Origin: Klebsormidium nitens
Lineage: Eukaryota > Plantae > Klebsormidiophyceae
NCBI GenBank assembly: GCA_000708835.1
Contig: DF237231.1
Span: 49,346-113,345 of the forward strand
Reading direction: 5' to 3'
Length of the DNA: 64,000 nucleotides
Shown here piece after piece: positions 26,119-38,515 of the stretch. The notes under the pieces were generated by a model. That model made no database searches, was not told the DNA's origin, and worked only from the letters and a program-made list of their open reading frames with translations. The translations under genes were made by a program, and so were the position numbers. How positions within the stretch are numbered: the stretch's first letter is position 1; each line of letters starts with the position of its first letter.

Positions 26119-27317
26119 TCAAGGTTCACATAAGCGAGCCTCCACCTCTATCACCAGGCTGTCGTGCGTCCGAGCGAGCGGCTCGGTGACCAGCTGTTGG
26201 AAGCTAAACCCCCATCGCTCCCAGTATTGCCCCCATCCTGTCTCCGTGTTCGCAGGGTACACCACACTGCCTGTGTCCCTTTCGAGCTCCTCGGAGCGCA
26301 GTAGCAGGCGCCATTTCAGGGTTAGGAGCTTGACCCGCTTGATTTCGGTCCCCCCGGGCGGTACCACCGACCACAAGTAGGTGCCCCTCTCGTGCAGCTG
26401 CACCGCCCACCAGCGCCCGGGAGGCGCAGCGAAAACGAGGCGGGTGGACTTGTCCCCGGTGGTCAGTTGGCTCAACACGGACACAAACATACAACGGGCT
26501 TTGAAACCTTTCGCGTCAGGATCGTTTGTGACAACCACCCCCGGAGTCAGCGCCTCAAGGCCTCTCACCAGTCTGTTCAGATTCCAGTAGCGCGCCTGTT
26601 CCAGCAGCAGCGGATCCCGTTCCGCCGGAACCGCTCCGGTCGTCAAATGCTCCAGAACGGCTGCCCACCGCTTCGGATGGCACGTGATGAGAGCGCGCCC
26701 CTTCTCATCGCGCGCGTAGTCCCAGTCTCCGCAGAACATCTTGTAGAGAACCGACTCTGGGTCCGAAGCCAGGACGCTGCGGGGGACTGAACCTACTTGG
26801 CCGTTCAACGCGAGGACGTATTCCAGCCGGTCGGCCTCATCCTTTCGCCGCGCCCACACCTCGCGCGCGATTATCAGGTCTTCCTCAAGCTTCGCAAGGC
26901 GAACCACCGTTCCCTCCTCCTCTCGCCTCCTCTCCTCCTTTGCAACGCAAAGTCTGCCCCTGAACACCGCGACCTGCCCTTGCAAGCCCTCCATTTCGAC
27001 ACTCTTTTGCGCGTTCTCTTGTCTCTCCCTCAGCAGCTCCTCTGCTTTACCCGCCTTCTCTCGTTTCTCTTCCGCAAGCTTCCGGCCGACGTCTTCCAGT
27101 TTCGCGCGAAGGCTCTGCATGTCCGCTCGGTTCACGGCCGGCGCGACTGCGAGGTGCGCGCGCGCGCGCGCGAGCTCTGCCTTCACCCGCCCCACCTCGT
27201 CCCGCAGACCGACAACCGAAACCCGGAGTAACTCTGCTTCTGCGCGAGCATCGCGCGCTTTGTCTGTCGAGGCCGTCTCTACCTCCGTTTCATTCCAAGC
27301 CCCACAGGTGCACCGTG
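26119..27317 (-). CDS. Coiled-coil + KCTD-type BTB/POZ + C-terminal beta-rich (possibly MATH-like) protein; long terminal exon, 5' part unresolved
   Basis: The frame is open from a CTAATCAG acceptor at ~27318 to the stop at 26119. It has a heptad-rich E/K/R/A/L N-terminus, then VLALNGQVGSVPRSVLASDPESVLYKMF...RALITCHPKRWAAVLEHLTTG...LLLEQARYWNL, typical of BTB_2-like domains. A possible upstream exon lies at 27542-27360. Confidence 0.7.
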
Positions 27318-28718
27318 CTGATTAGTCGTTATTCAGTCCCGTTCGAGTCCAGGCGTCACCATATGCATTCGAAACGTTCGCAACGCAACCGGATGCCTCG
27401 TCCGTCCTTATCTGCGGCTTGCTCTTTGCTTCCGCGGTTTCGGAGTTTAAGCGGAAGGATGTCCACCTTGGCGGACGGGCTATTGGACGCGTGATTCGTC
27501 GTCCAAACCAAGTCCAAACCAAGTACTGGGTGAGGAGACCATCTGCAGATTAAAGGAGGAGAAAAAGAAAGGGTTGTTGATTTATCGAGACGTTTTTTCA
27601 ATCTGTTCGTTTCAACAAGAGGGCAGCCCTTGACCGTCATGACTGGTCCAGATTGATATGAATGGATGGTTTTGTGCGAGCTCTGAAATTGCCTTACCGT
27701 AAGAGTCTCATTATAATGAGATCCATGGGTCAAATTCGCTTCATTGAAGCTATCAAAAGGCGGAGTATCTCCAAAGAAAGATCTCGACCTTCCAAGCCCT
27801 GAGATCACAGAAAAGTCCGTGGCCGCTTGCAGAATCCCAACTGCTTAATCTGTTCTTTTGACTTCTGGCCCGTTCAGCTGTCTTCATGCACGGGCCAGGT
27901 GGTGAAACGTATCTCAATATTCTGGGTGGATCAAGCGAAGCGCAAGACAGATGCAATGCAAAGAGCATATAGGCAGTCCGTGTGAGAAAAGAATAGTGCA
28001 AAACTCCTTTACAACACATTTATGAGGGTACGGAAAAAGCTGGTGGAGGAATACAGGTCTTTCAACAGATTACATCAATGGAGTCAGGTGCTTGGTGTCT
28101 GCTTACACTGCCGCAAACGTGTTGAGCTTAAAATCTATTTTAAAAGGTGCTGCGCTGAAGATAGGTAGTAGTATAATAGGAGGACTCATACTGATGGGAT
28201 TACAACGTTTGAGGTCTTCCCTCATGTGATTGTCTACGATGCCTGCTCTCTTGATCAAGAATCTCAAGGCACCAACCATCTCAAGATCCAGGATGGGCAA
28301 GCGATGCTTTTCTGCTTCAATCCGAAGTTCAAGATATGATCTTTGTGAGTAAGGCTTTGTGCCACTGAGTAAGCTTCAAGTCCAGTCGCTCTATTGGTGA
28401 AGATTGGCACGGAAGTATTACCCGGCTGCATGCATTCCACATGTCCAATCAACATGCAACAGGGTTCTCTAAGACACGGTACACGCACATGTGTATCTCA
28501 CCCTCTGCCACGCTGCTCAAATACAGTTAATACCCCAGAAGTCAGCCGTCAACATTCTTGTCGTCCAGGCTCGCTCTCTTCTTATCCTCTTCTCCTCGCT
28601 CCACCGCTGGCTCTCTTTAGCAGCGCTGCATCTGCATCCCCAATAGTCCCTCGTATCACTATCAGTGTAAGCAATGTACGTTCAAAGCGCGATCAGGATG
28701 AACTCGGAAGCTGTGATA

Positions 28719-29400
28719 CGCAGGAACTTTACTCCAGCTAACTCTGCTCCAGCTAACTCCTGGCCGATTTTGTGAGCCAGCGTGGCGATATTTCAACAGT
28801 ACCCCGGGCAGGGGTTGCACCGAGTAGCACGTACCGAGCATCGAGAAGTCTGCGTACCGAGTGCTCCTGTCGCCGATGAGTCAGAGGGGTTAAAGCTTGG
28901 TTAGGGAGTCGAAGCAGCGGTCTTAGGTCTAGAATAAATCATGTGAAGGACTGGATGTAGAAACTATTACCATGTGTACCTATATCTCAATCTTGCTCGC
29001 GCTCGAGCCTCGGGGTCTTCCATGATTTGGAGTCTCGCCGGTCCTAAGAATTTGGCCCCAAGAACCCAACTGGGCAGTGGGGTATGCCCAGGTAGGATAC
29101 CCAGGTAGGACTGCTCGGCAGTAGGTACGGTACCCCGATACCGTGGCTCTACGGTACCTACTCTGTGCGCAACGCAAGTCGAGAATGTTGGACACTGAAG
29201 TTTGAACCGGAAGAGTGGCACGGTTGGTCCGGCCAGGCTCATGTCTGGCCCCCGGGTACCTACCCCTAAGGTTTGACTGCCGACCGCATCTCCAATCGCA
29301 AGAAAGCATACTGCCACGCTGGCTTACTTCTGTCCACGTCGGACCAATGGAATCGGCCGGAGTTAGCTGGATCGGACGTAGCTGGAGTAAAGTTCCTGAG
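28719..29400. mobile_element. Non-autonomous DNA transposon / MITE (682 bp) with ~50-bp TIRs and TA target-site duplication (Tc1/mariner-like)
   Basis: Left end: TA|CGCAGGAACTTTACTCCAGCTAACTCTGCTCCAGCTAACTCCTGGCCGAT. Reverse complement of right end: TA|CTCAGGAACTTTACTCCAGCTACGTCCGATCCAGCTAACTCCGGCCGAT. Internal GTACC-containing repeats; no transposase ORF. Confidence 0.78.
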
Positions 29401-29774
29401 TATATAAGCTGTGCAGCAGCGCGCATCCTGCGCCGCGGCGCTGCTGCTGAATTTTTTGGGGGGGTTTCAGAGGGTTTTCCTGAAACTCTCACGTGGCACA
29501 AGCGGCCGCGAGCCACTGATCTGCGCGGCCGCGAGGGATCTTTGGCGGCCGTCGGCGTCGGCGCGCGTTAGCCTTGAGCTAGGGCCGGCTGGAGCTGCAA
29601 GCCTGCATCGCATGGTGCATTGGTGGGCAGTAGGTAAATCAGAGCTGTTCACTTGATTGGCGCTGCCGCCATGGCTCTTCCTGTCTCCTAAGCCCTTCTG
29701 ACGGGGTGGCAAGGCGCGATCATGATCTGAAATCCGTACTTTAGCCTGTACTTTTCAGCAGCATTGTCCTCGGC

Positions 29775-32700
29775 ATGGGGTTAAGCAGCCAGCTTCCGCG
29801 GGCGCTGGCCGCAGCTGCCCAAAAGTTGATCCTCAAAGACCCCGCGTCTCCGCAGGCCGTTGAAAAGGGCTGGGGTTTGCTTCATCGTGCCAACCCCTTG
29901 GACAGAAACCTCACGTACCATGCTAAGTCTCAGTTTCCGAGAACCTCTGGCAAACCTGATGCAGTCTCAAGGGGCCCAAAGCTCGGTGGGCAAGCCAGCA
30001 GAGGATTTGCAACTAGCGCCGGCAGAACACCAGTGGCCGCAGATGTAGCGCCACCCCCGCCGCAGGGAGGCTCGCCTCTCAAGTCGCTGTCGTGGCTTCT
30101 ATCAATTCCAGTGGGCTTTGCAGCCTACTATGCATACACGCAGTCGAAGCGGCCTCCGGTAGTGACCTCAGGTGAGCTTAGTTTTGCCTCTCGAAGTGTC
30201 TGGTGAAATGCAGGGTCTTAGCTGGAGTTGTCCTTTTTGGTTTATCGCCTCCGAGTCTGAAGATTGTATCGACCACCTTCGGTCTTCTACAAAGAGAATT
30301 CCATGTCACATTGGTAGCAAACTGGGTGCATTCTAAGGGAAGAAAGCCAGGCCACGTCTTGGTTCTCTGCCAGAAATATACGTGAACAGCCTATACTTCC
30401 CCCACGGGCTTGCTTGATCAGCCTTGTGGCCATCATGGATCACAGGCCCTTTCTTTGCTCCCAAAGCTTTGAAACTGTTTTACAACCGTTGAAACGCTGC
30501 TGATCTTCTCACAACTCAAACCTTCTCCTGCTTCCTTACTCCCCCAATATTGACCTTGATCTGAAGAAGGAGGATTGTGTGCTCAGAAACGGCCTAGACC
30601 AGTCTAGCAAGCCTATTGAAACCGGTCCTCATCTTTTAAGCAACCTGGGCACACACTCAACAATCCCTCATCTGCACATCCAGACCCTGACGCCTACTAT
30701 TCTGAACTTCCAAAACTCCCGTCTTTCTAGTTGGCGACGATGCGGATCCACACGTGATCCAGAACTGGAGCGGCACGCACGAGGTGCGCCCCAAGGTGTT
30801 TTTCCAGCCCGAAACGGAGGAGGAGCTCGAGAAGATCGTGGCAGAGGCGCAGGAGACGGGCACCAAGATCCGTCCGATGGGCTCGGGGCTCTCCCCAAAC
30901 GGGCTGGCGTTCCAGGAGGATGGCATGCTCAGCCTAGCGCTGCTGGACAAGGTGGGGGGATTGAACAGATTTGGGGATTTCAAAAGGTTCGGGGATTTAG
31001 CACGAAGTGGTTGTAGGGCTCTCGCCTAAGGGGCTGGCGTTCCAGGAGGATGGTATGCTCAGCCTAGCACTGCTGGACAAGGTGTGCGGATGTTTTGCAA
31101 CTCTGCTGTTTGAGAGTATCTGGGATTCAGCTTGAAGGGATCATGGGGCTATCGCCCAACAGGGCTGGCGTTCCAGGAACTTGGCATTGGTCAGCCTAGC
31201 GCTGCTGGACAAGGTGGGGCGAAATTTGCAGGACCTGGGTTGCGGGATTTCAGCTGTGAAGGGGTGTGAGGTTTGAGACGCGTGTCTGAGGAGATTGAAT
31301 GCTTGAGAGCTACTTCTGTGCTTCTTAACGAGGTACTTAAAATTCTTCGAGAGTCGTTGTATTAAGAGGAAACGACTCAAAAGAATCTTAACCGCTCAGC
31401 ACCTGTAACATGAAATTCTGTTCGACTGGTAAAGAGATGTCGTTTTGAAAGGACAGTAAATGCAAAATGGTTGCAGAAATATTCAAAGAAGCAACAACCG
31501 ATGGCCTCTGACCACTATTGCTCCTAGATATCACTCGAAATCACGACCGTATAATTCTGATACTAGCGCGGCTCTTCTCAGGTTGTGGCAGTCGATAAGG
31601 AGAAGAAGCAGGTGACGGTGCAGGCAGGAATCCGTGTGCAGCAACTAGCGGAGGCGCTCGCGGAGCACGGGCTCACTCTCGAGAACTTTGCGAGCATCCA
31701 GGAGCAGCAGGTGGGGGTTGTTGGCGGCTCTTCCAAATATTTCCTTTATAGGCTGGGTGGATTCTCGTCAAGGTCAAATGAGACTCTCGAACATGGGCGA
31801 AGAGGCCGTCGGATGTGCCGCCGCAAGTTTGAATCGAAGCTTCTCAGAAAGTAAGGTCTTCTCAGTGAACAAGTTGAAAATGAACGAGCTGAACTCCTGA
31901 AAGATTTGCATATGATCACTTCACCATGTCTTGCTACGCGAGCCATGCTTCTGGACCCGAGAAGGCATAGTGCAAAGGTGACAGTGTTAGCTTCCCATGA
32001 GCCACCACGGAACGTGACGACAGGTGATTCCTTCAGAGACAAGTGGGCAGCGTTCATTTTTCTGCGACCAGTGAGCCGAAGAATCATTGCATCCGTTGCA
32101 GAGGGGCATCTCCTATTGCCATCTGTAAACCGGGGGTGCCTGAAGCCTCCCTCCATTTCAAAAACCCACCTGGTTTTACCCCGTGCGCAGGTTGGAGGCT
32201 TCACCCAAGTCAGCGCCCACGGCACCGGCGCCCGCATCCCCACCGTCGACCAGTCAGTGGTCGCCCTCAAAGTCGTCACCCCGGCAAAAGGCACCCTCAC
32301 ACTCTCCGAGTCCCAAAACCCCGAGCTCTTCCGGCTGGTCCGCGTCGGCCTCGGCGGGCTCGGCATCGTCACCGAGCTGACACTGCAGTGCGTGCCGAGC
32401 CACAAGCTGGTCGAGAAGACGTGGACGGTGTCAAGGGGGGAAGCCAAGCGGAATCTTGGGAAGTGGCTGCGGGAGTACCGGCATATCCGGTACATGTGGA
32501 TTCCGTACACGGACACTGTGGTGGTGGTTGCCAGCAATCCGGAGGGGAGCGAGCGGGGCTGGTTCTCGTGGCTCTGGGGCGCGGGTGAGAATTTCTTGTT
32601 GCTTCTGAAGATGTTCCAGAGTATAAGGTCTGCATGGGGCATTCAAGAGTGTCTCTAAGCCGCCACCTACTTAGGCTCCCTCAAGAATCACGATAAAACT

Positions 32701-34095
32701 GACTTAGTCTTACCACAGTCTTACCTTCAAGGCGAGGCTTCGAACAGACGCTGCTGTTGAGGCCGCCCAGCGTTTGCGCTCAGTCCGCTGGTCTTGTGAC
32801 GGATGTTATGTCAGAATAAGGCCACGGGTTGTCTCCATAAGTTCGTGAAGGTGTCAGGCCGAGGTAGAGTCTCTCCAAGAAGGGAATCTTTTCGAAGCCT
32901 GCTCGTGAAAGCGCTTCGTTCCCTTTGAATATTGTTTCGAGGCACTTTTTTACGACGCAAACGAATTTTTCCTAGCCTGCTGCGCTTTTCAAGCCTGCAG
33001 CCGTCGGGCCAAACGCTGACCTGATAACCAAGCATCTCAGAAGTGGAGAACCACCTAAGACGTCCTGGAATCAGTACCTCTAATCTGCAAAACTCTTTTT
33101 ATCGTGTTCGATTGCAGCCAATTCCGCACTGCTTGTCTTCATCCGTAGCGTCCCCTTGGACATCTTTCTTTCTCCACCTAGAAGAAGCGACGGCTCTCTA
33201 CCTTCCCAAGTTTCTCGTCCCCCGTCTTCTGAATGCTTCCGTTTGGTTTGCAACCCTGTCCTCTCCTTCCCTCCGTGCAGCCAAGCCCGCGAAGCAGTAC
33301 AGCGAAGACGAGCAGCTCGCGCCCGCGCGCACTCTCATGCGCGAGGTCGAGGCCACCAAGCACCCCCCCCAGGCGCCGAAGCTCCCCCCCGACGCACTCG
33401 ACTCACTCACCTTCTTCGAGCTGCGCGACAAATTGCTGGCGGCGGACCCCCTGGACTGGGAGCACGTGAAGAAGGTAAACGAGGCCGAGGCGGAGTTTTG
33501 GAAGATGCGCGAGGGGTCGCGCGTCGCGTGGAGCCACGAGATACTGCAGTTCGACTGCGGGGGGCAGCAGTGGGTGCTGGAAGCGGCGTTCCCCGCGGGG
33601 ACTGTGAATAAGCCCTCCGACGCGAGCATAGCGTTTATGGAGGAGGTGTTGGAACTAGTGGAGGGGGAAAAGATCGCGGCGCCGGCCCCAATCGAGCAGC
33701 GGTGGACCAAGAAGAGCGACTCGCCGATGAGCCCGGGTTACGCTCCCCCGGGCGCGCCGAAAGACTCGATCCACTCTTGGGTTGGGATCATTATGTATCT
33801 CCCGACCATGGAACTGGTGGAGCGCATGCGCATCCGAAGCGCGTTCGAGGAGTATAAGAAGAAGTGCGAGGTCGCGGTGTGGGAGAAGTACGGCGCGGTC
33901 GAGCATTGGGCGAAAGTGGAGATTCCGGAGGAGAAAGAGGATCAGAAGCGGTTGCGGGAGCGCTTTAGGCGAAAGTACCCGTTGGAAAGATATAAGGAGG
34001 CGCGGCGGGAGTTAGACCCTAAGGATCTGCTGGGGAACCGGTTGTTGAAGTTCATCTCTCAGGAAGACAAGGTGAGCAGACTCCAAAATTCTTGA
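29775..34095 (+). CDS. GLDH: Mitochondrial L-galactono-1,4-lactone dehydrogenase, ~651 aa, 5 exons
   Basis: Exons 29775-30171, 30731-30951, 31582-31710, 32191-32584, 33281-34095. Motifs NWSGTHEV, RPMGSGLSPNG, ENFASIQEQQVGGFTQVSAHGTGARIP, GLGGLGIV, FDCGGQQWV, PIEQRW, SWVGIIMYLP, EHWAKVE. Confidence 0.93.
30886..31216 (+). repeat. Tandem triplication (~130-bp period) of the GLDH exon 2 end plus donor site
   Basis: GGGCTGGCGTTCCAGGA...CAGCCTAGC(G/A)CTGCTGGACAAG|GTG occurs three times, with donor GT at 30952, 31082 and 31214. Confidence 0.92.
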
Positions 34096-35477
34096 AAATT
34101 GAGGGGTGTCAGGAGTTCGCGATCTTAAATCTGTACAGAATCTTTGTGTCACAGTCTCAGGGTGGGGGGTAACTAATTCTGTAGGCTTGGAGGGTCTTAT
34201 TGTTATGCCCTCGTTGACAGCCTTGACTGCAGTTTCTGCCAACCTCCAATGAGTTCCCCTTCCGGACGTCTGAGCCGTCCGCTTTTCAGGGCTGTCGGTA
34301 GGGCTGTTTGCACGTTGTCGAAACAGATAAAATGTTCGACACCAGGAACTGATGCCTTACCTGCTTTCGAACTAGACCTGAGAGGAAAGCTCAGCTGTAC
34401 AGTCCGGTTGGCTTCTTCCGCGATCAATGTGCTTAAAGAAGTCTCGTTCTGACCAGCACTTGACCCAGTGCTCATAGATAACCCTAGTGACAAGGACAAG
34501 TTGAGACGCACGGAAGTTCATGCGATTTGCCTTTGGCGATCCCGCTTTGCTTTTCTCACTTGAAAACCACGGACGGAACAACACTCTTGAAATATGCAGG
34601 TTGATGAATCATGACGACTGTGGCGGAACAGCAAGGGGCGCGTTCAAAGTTGTACACACGTTGGGAGGGCTGACTCACGTCAAGGAGGCTGACGGACTCG
34701 TTGTACCGTAATTTGCGACTTTGAAAATCCTGGGCAGAGCAAGAAAAAGCCGTAGTGTCTATGCACAACTGCGCGGCTTGAAGAGGGCTCGAGAACATTC
34801 TTGTTATCCGGCCCCAGCCCACGCAGTCTGACCGAGGCACAGGAGCCAGCCGAATCGTCGAGTATGATACATAACCTGAGTCAATTGGCAACTGTAAGTT
34901 AGATCATGCGGCCAATCATCTAAGAACATGATATTCTTGCCGCTCCTTCACATCTGTTGAAGATACATGCGTGCGAGCTTGCTGGAAGCCGATACTGCAT
35001 GCCGGAATCTGCAAATGTTGGTGCATGCAGATGCGTCATGATCAGACGTCGACCAAATGTGAAAATTGCAATGTGCAAATACAACGTACTAGCTGTTTGT
35101 ATGCCAGAGCATACGTTCGACTATATATACACCTTTGAAAGGGTTTGGCGATACATCGTGGAATCAATGTACATATCCAATTGTGACTTTTCACATACCA
35201 CTGACGTTACGGATGCTGTATATCAATTAAGCGTCCTAGCTAGTGGCGCGATCGGTCATGCATGGGGAGATGCAACTGTATATTGCAGATCGAGCCAAGC
35301 GCATGTGCACCGTACTTGGTAATTCAACCAACGCGCGGCCAATGGTCTGTGTTGGAATCCAAGCAAATGGGGAAAACCGCCACGCCGCAGTGGTGCAGAT
35401 AGCATTCAGTGCATATTATCATATGTACAACTCAAACAGGACAGAGGCCAGAACATGGCGCCGAGTATGTTTGCCAA

Positions 35478-37223
35478 TTACTTTCCTGTGCTTGTTCGTT
35501 CTCGTTGTCGTATCAGTGTTGCAAGGTTGAGGTCCCAAAGCTCCACTCGGATTGGCATCTCTACTTCATAGAAAGGATTTTTGAGAACATAATCGGAGTA
35601 AAGCTCATAGATGCTTTTCAAGAGGAGATCGACCCCGGCCGCCCCCGTTTCTCCCGTGACGAAGAATTTCGTACCTGTGAAGACACCAGAAATAGAATTC
35701 CTCTCCGTTTCCTGTTGACTAACGACTTCCAGACACACGAGCAACATACACTCCACCCGGCATGCAGATTCAAACCAACGAGGGCCAGTGTAACACCCAC
35801 ATTAGCAGGTCATGGAATGAGAAAGTGTTACTAGGAAGCAGCACTAGCGGGTTGATAAGTTGAGCCCTTGTCAAGAATCGTGGAATCCAGACAATGCTAA
35901 ACGTAGCGTTTACATTTCAGACTCCGGTGCAACCTTGCCACTCCACAAAGTATGTATTTAACTGTACCAGGTTCGATGGCACTGCGGCTCTGAAGGCCAC
36001 GCCAATGTTCCTTCTTCCGCATCCGATAGCTATACTTTCCTGTGTCTTCGTGCCTCCGGGTTGAGACATAGAGCCATCCAAGCTTCTACACTCTTTGACG
36101 TGCTTTTAGAGCTTGAACACAGAACTTCTGGGAAGGATGTGCGTACCTGTTGCGGTCTGGAAGCAGTGCAAGTCAAATGTGTCGGCCTCCAGCAGCTCAA
36201 TCCCAGTGCACCCCGTCACCGGCGAGAGCTGGCTGGAGATAGCGTGGAGAGAGTGCCAAACGCTGGCCAGCCGCAGACTGTCATTTGTGTCGAGCTTGGC
36301 AATGGAGCCAAAGTCCTGCAGAAGAGCAGGCCCGACCATGTTAGGCCCCCCTTCTTTCCTGCCACGGCAGAAACTTTGTTCACAACAAGCCCCAGTGCAC
36401 CTTTTGGTGCTTGTATTAGTCAACCACCGGTCTCCAAACGACTCAGACGGCTGAAAGTAGGACTTGACTAACAGTTCTGCAGAGAGGTGTGAGCGGAAGG
36501 AACTTCGAACAAGCACAAGCCAAATATGAGTTACACCTGCGTTTGACGGCAACATAAATGTTTTGAAGAGCTTCTCCATCAGAGTCAGCAAACCTGCCCT
36601 TGACATGTCTGCTTCAGCAAAAACGAGCCCCTGGAGTATACACTCAAAAGGGAGTCTGAACTATCCGAGCTTGACGATTCTCCACCAACACTCTGGAAGG
36701 CATTTTCTACACTGGCAGACTCTTAAAAGCCCTTTGAGCAGCTATGCATTACAGGGAGACTTTTGTCGGCAACCAGTAGTATCATCTGATTTCCATTAAC
36801 TTCTGACTCATAGTATCATCTGTTCCAGATAGTATCCTGACAACAAGCCCTGACACTCTTCGAAGCGGGCACTACTTCGTGGTTTCCTTGACACCGCTCA
36901 GTTCCTGATTGTACCACCTCTGCGCATGAGCGCTCTTGCTTGGCGAAATTGAGACTCGCAATTATTGACGATCTTCACACAATGTCATCTCAAAGCTGCT
37001 CCTCTGTTCCCATGTCAGCAAGTTCTGCAAGGGTCAGATCAAGTCTCTACCTTAAAAAGCCATGTTTCAAGCGGCATATCGAAACTGCTGCTGGAGGAAA
37101 TCTGACGTGCATTGGTGGTCAGAAGAAACTTTGCAGCTTTCAAGAAGAGCAAGAGGATCCCACCTTGTAATATATCAGGCCGCCTGACTTGTTGATCACA
37201 AAGATATTGTAAATCGTGGACAT
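35478..37223 (-). CDS. TRS23: TRAPP complex subunit 4 (Trs23/synbindin), 141 aa, 3 exons
   Basis: Exons 37223-37164 ([20 protein letters not shown]), 36315-36147 ([24 protein letters not shown]...FDLHCFQT) and 35674-35478 (TKFFV...[27 protein letters not shown]). Confidence 0.93.
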
Positions 37224-37610
37224 TTTTCAGGTGCATTCCTGGGCCTGCCTGCACCTACAGATAATCAGGGCACAGCTCACAGGCTTGGATACTTAAGTTT
37301 CTTCGATAAGTGGTAGCTGCAATTCTAATGAGTTTTAAAATGTTTCCCTCTCCCGCCTGGCGCCAAAGTCCAATCCTTGCCTTTCTACAGGTTTGTAGTA
37401 CAGGGACTCAAATGCACAGCTTTAGGACGGGCTTCAGTGATGTACCAAGGATACCTTGTAAATCACCAGGCTGCATCAGCCGCCCACCACTCCCTTGCTT
37501 TCATGCTTTCTCCTTGTGCATTCTGAAGAGTATAGCTAGCTCCCCGGCCAAGCCCTGTTGCGCTCAACTTGATAGTATATATATTTACTAGTGGTCCCCT
37601 CAGCCATGTG

Positions 37611-37684
37611 TCCTGGTTAGCTCAGTTGGCTAGAGCGCAAGGCTGTTAACCTTGAGGTCGCTGGTTCGACCCCAGCACCAGGAG
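37611..37684 (+). tRNA. trnN: tRNA-Asn (anticodon GTT), intronless
   Basis: Full cloverleaf: acceptor stem TCCTGGT/ACCAGGA, D arm GCTC/GAGC, anticodon stem CAAGG/CCTTG with loop CTGTTAA, T arm GCTGG-TTCGACC-CCAGC. A TATA-like TATATATAT lies ~30 nt upstream and TTTT ~10 nt downstream. Confidence 0.95.
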
Positions 37685-38515
37685 ACTTCTGCGAAACTTT
37701 TGCCGCCGCGATCGACCTCTTTTGAAGGAACTTTTGCCCGAGTGTTCCGTCACTGGGAAAGGCCGCCCGACGGGGACGAATGGAACCCGCCCTAATTGCG
37801 CTAGCTTTCGAAGTTTATTAGGGACACAATTCGCCATGCCATGCACTGTAAGAGATGAAACCAACACATCGATCCATGCCAACAAAGCTAGGGCCGCCAG
37901 TAATGCATGAGGGCCACGGCGCGCGAGCGATCTTGGACATCCTCTCGGACATTTTGCCGTTGCAATTTTTAGTTGAAGCAATATCATAAGATCAGGAATC
38001 AACGTTGTGCAAGGGCTTTGTAACCACTGAGGTGGGTCGGTCTATGGCATGCATGTGGAGGAGACCACGAATCATGGTCCTGTGGTTTCGGCGACATACG
38101 ATAAGCATTTTCACTTTCTCATCGAGTCGACAAGCGAAAGCAATTGAAAAAGTCGCGCGTGTCACAGGAAGTCTTGCGTAAATATTTGCTTTTCCATATG
38201 ACATATGAGAGCATTCTCCAGACCTCATTGTAACGCCTCGGACAAATTCCAAGCTAGTTGGTCTTGTGGACGTCTTTTGATGGCTCCAAGCTGAAACCAT
38301 CCTTGGTTTTCTTTGTTTTTCTTGGGGGCTCGCACACGAACGATCGGAATCTTGGGGGTTGGCACCAGAATAAATACAAGAGGGAAATATCGATGGCGCA
38401 TGAAGGTCTTAACTTTGTTTTTCACACTGTACTTCGCCTAACTTGCAGACACCTCCACTTGACTTTTGACACCAGACTGAATCTTCCGTGTATCAGTTTT
38501 TCACGGTCTTATCGT

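Noticed and set aside
30886-31216. CRISPR-like interpretation of regularly spaced repeats
   Set aside because: The context is eukaryotic, the repeats are exon-derived and diverged, and there are no cas genes.
34060-34095. Donor-like AAG|GTGAGC just before the GLDH stop
   Set aside because: The ORF ends normally a few codons later and no convincing downstream exon was found.
37685-37900. Possible dicistronic tRNA-snoRNA downstream of tRNA-Asn
   Set aside because: A T-run follows within ~10 nt and no C/D or H/ACA boxes were recognised.
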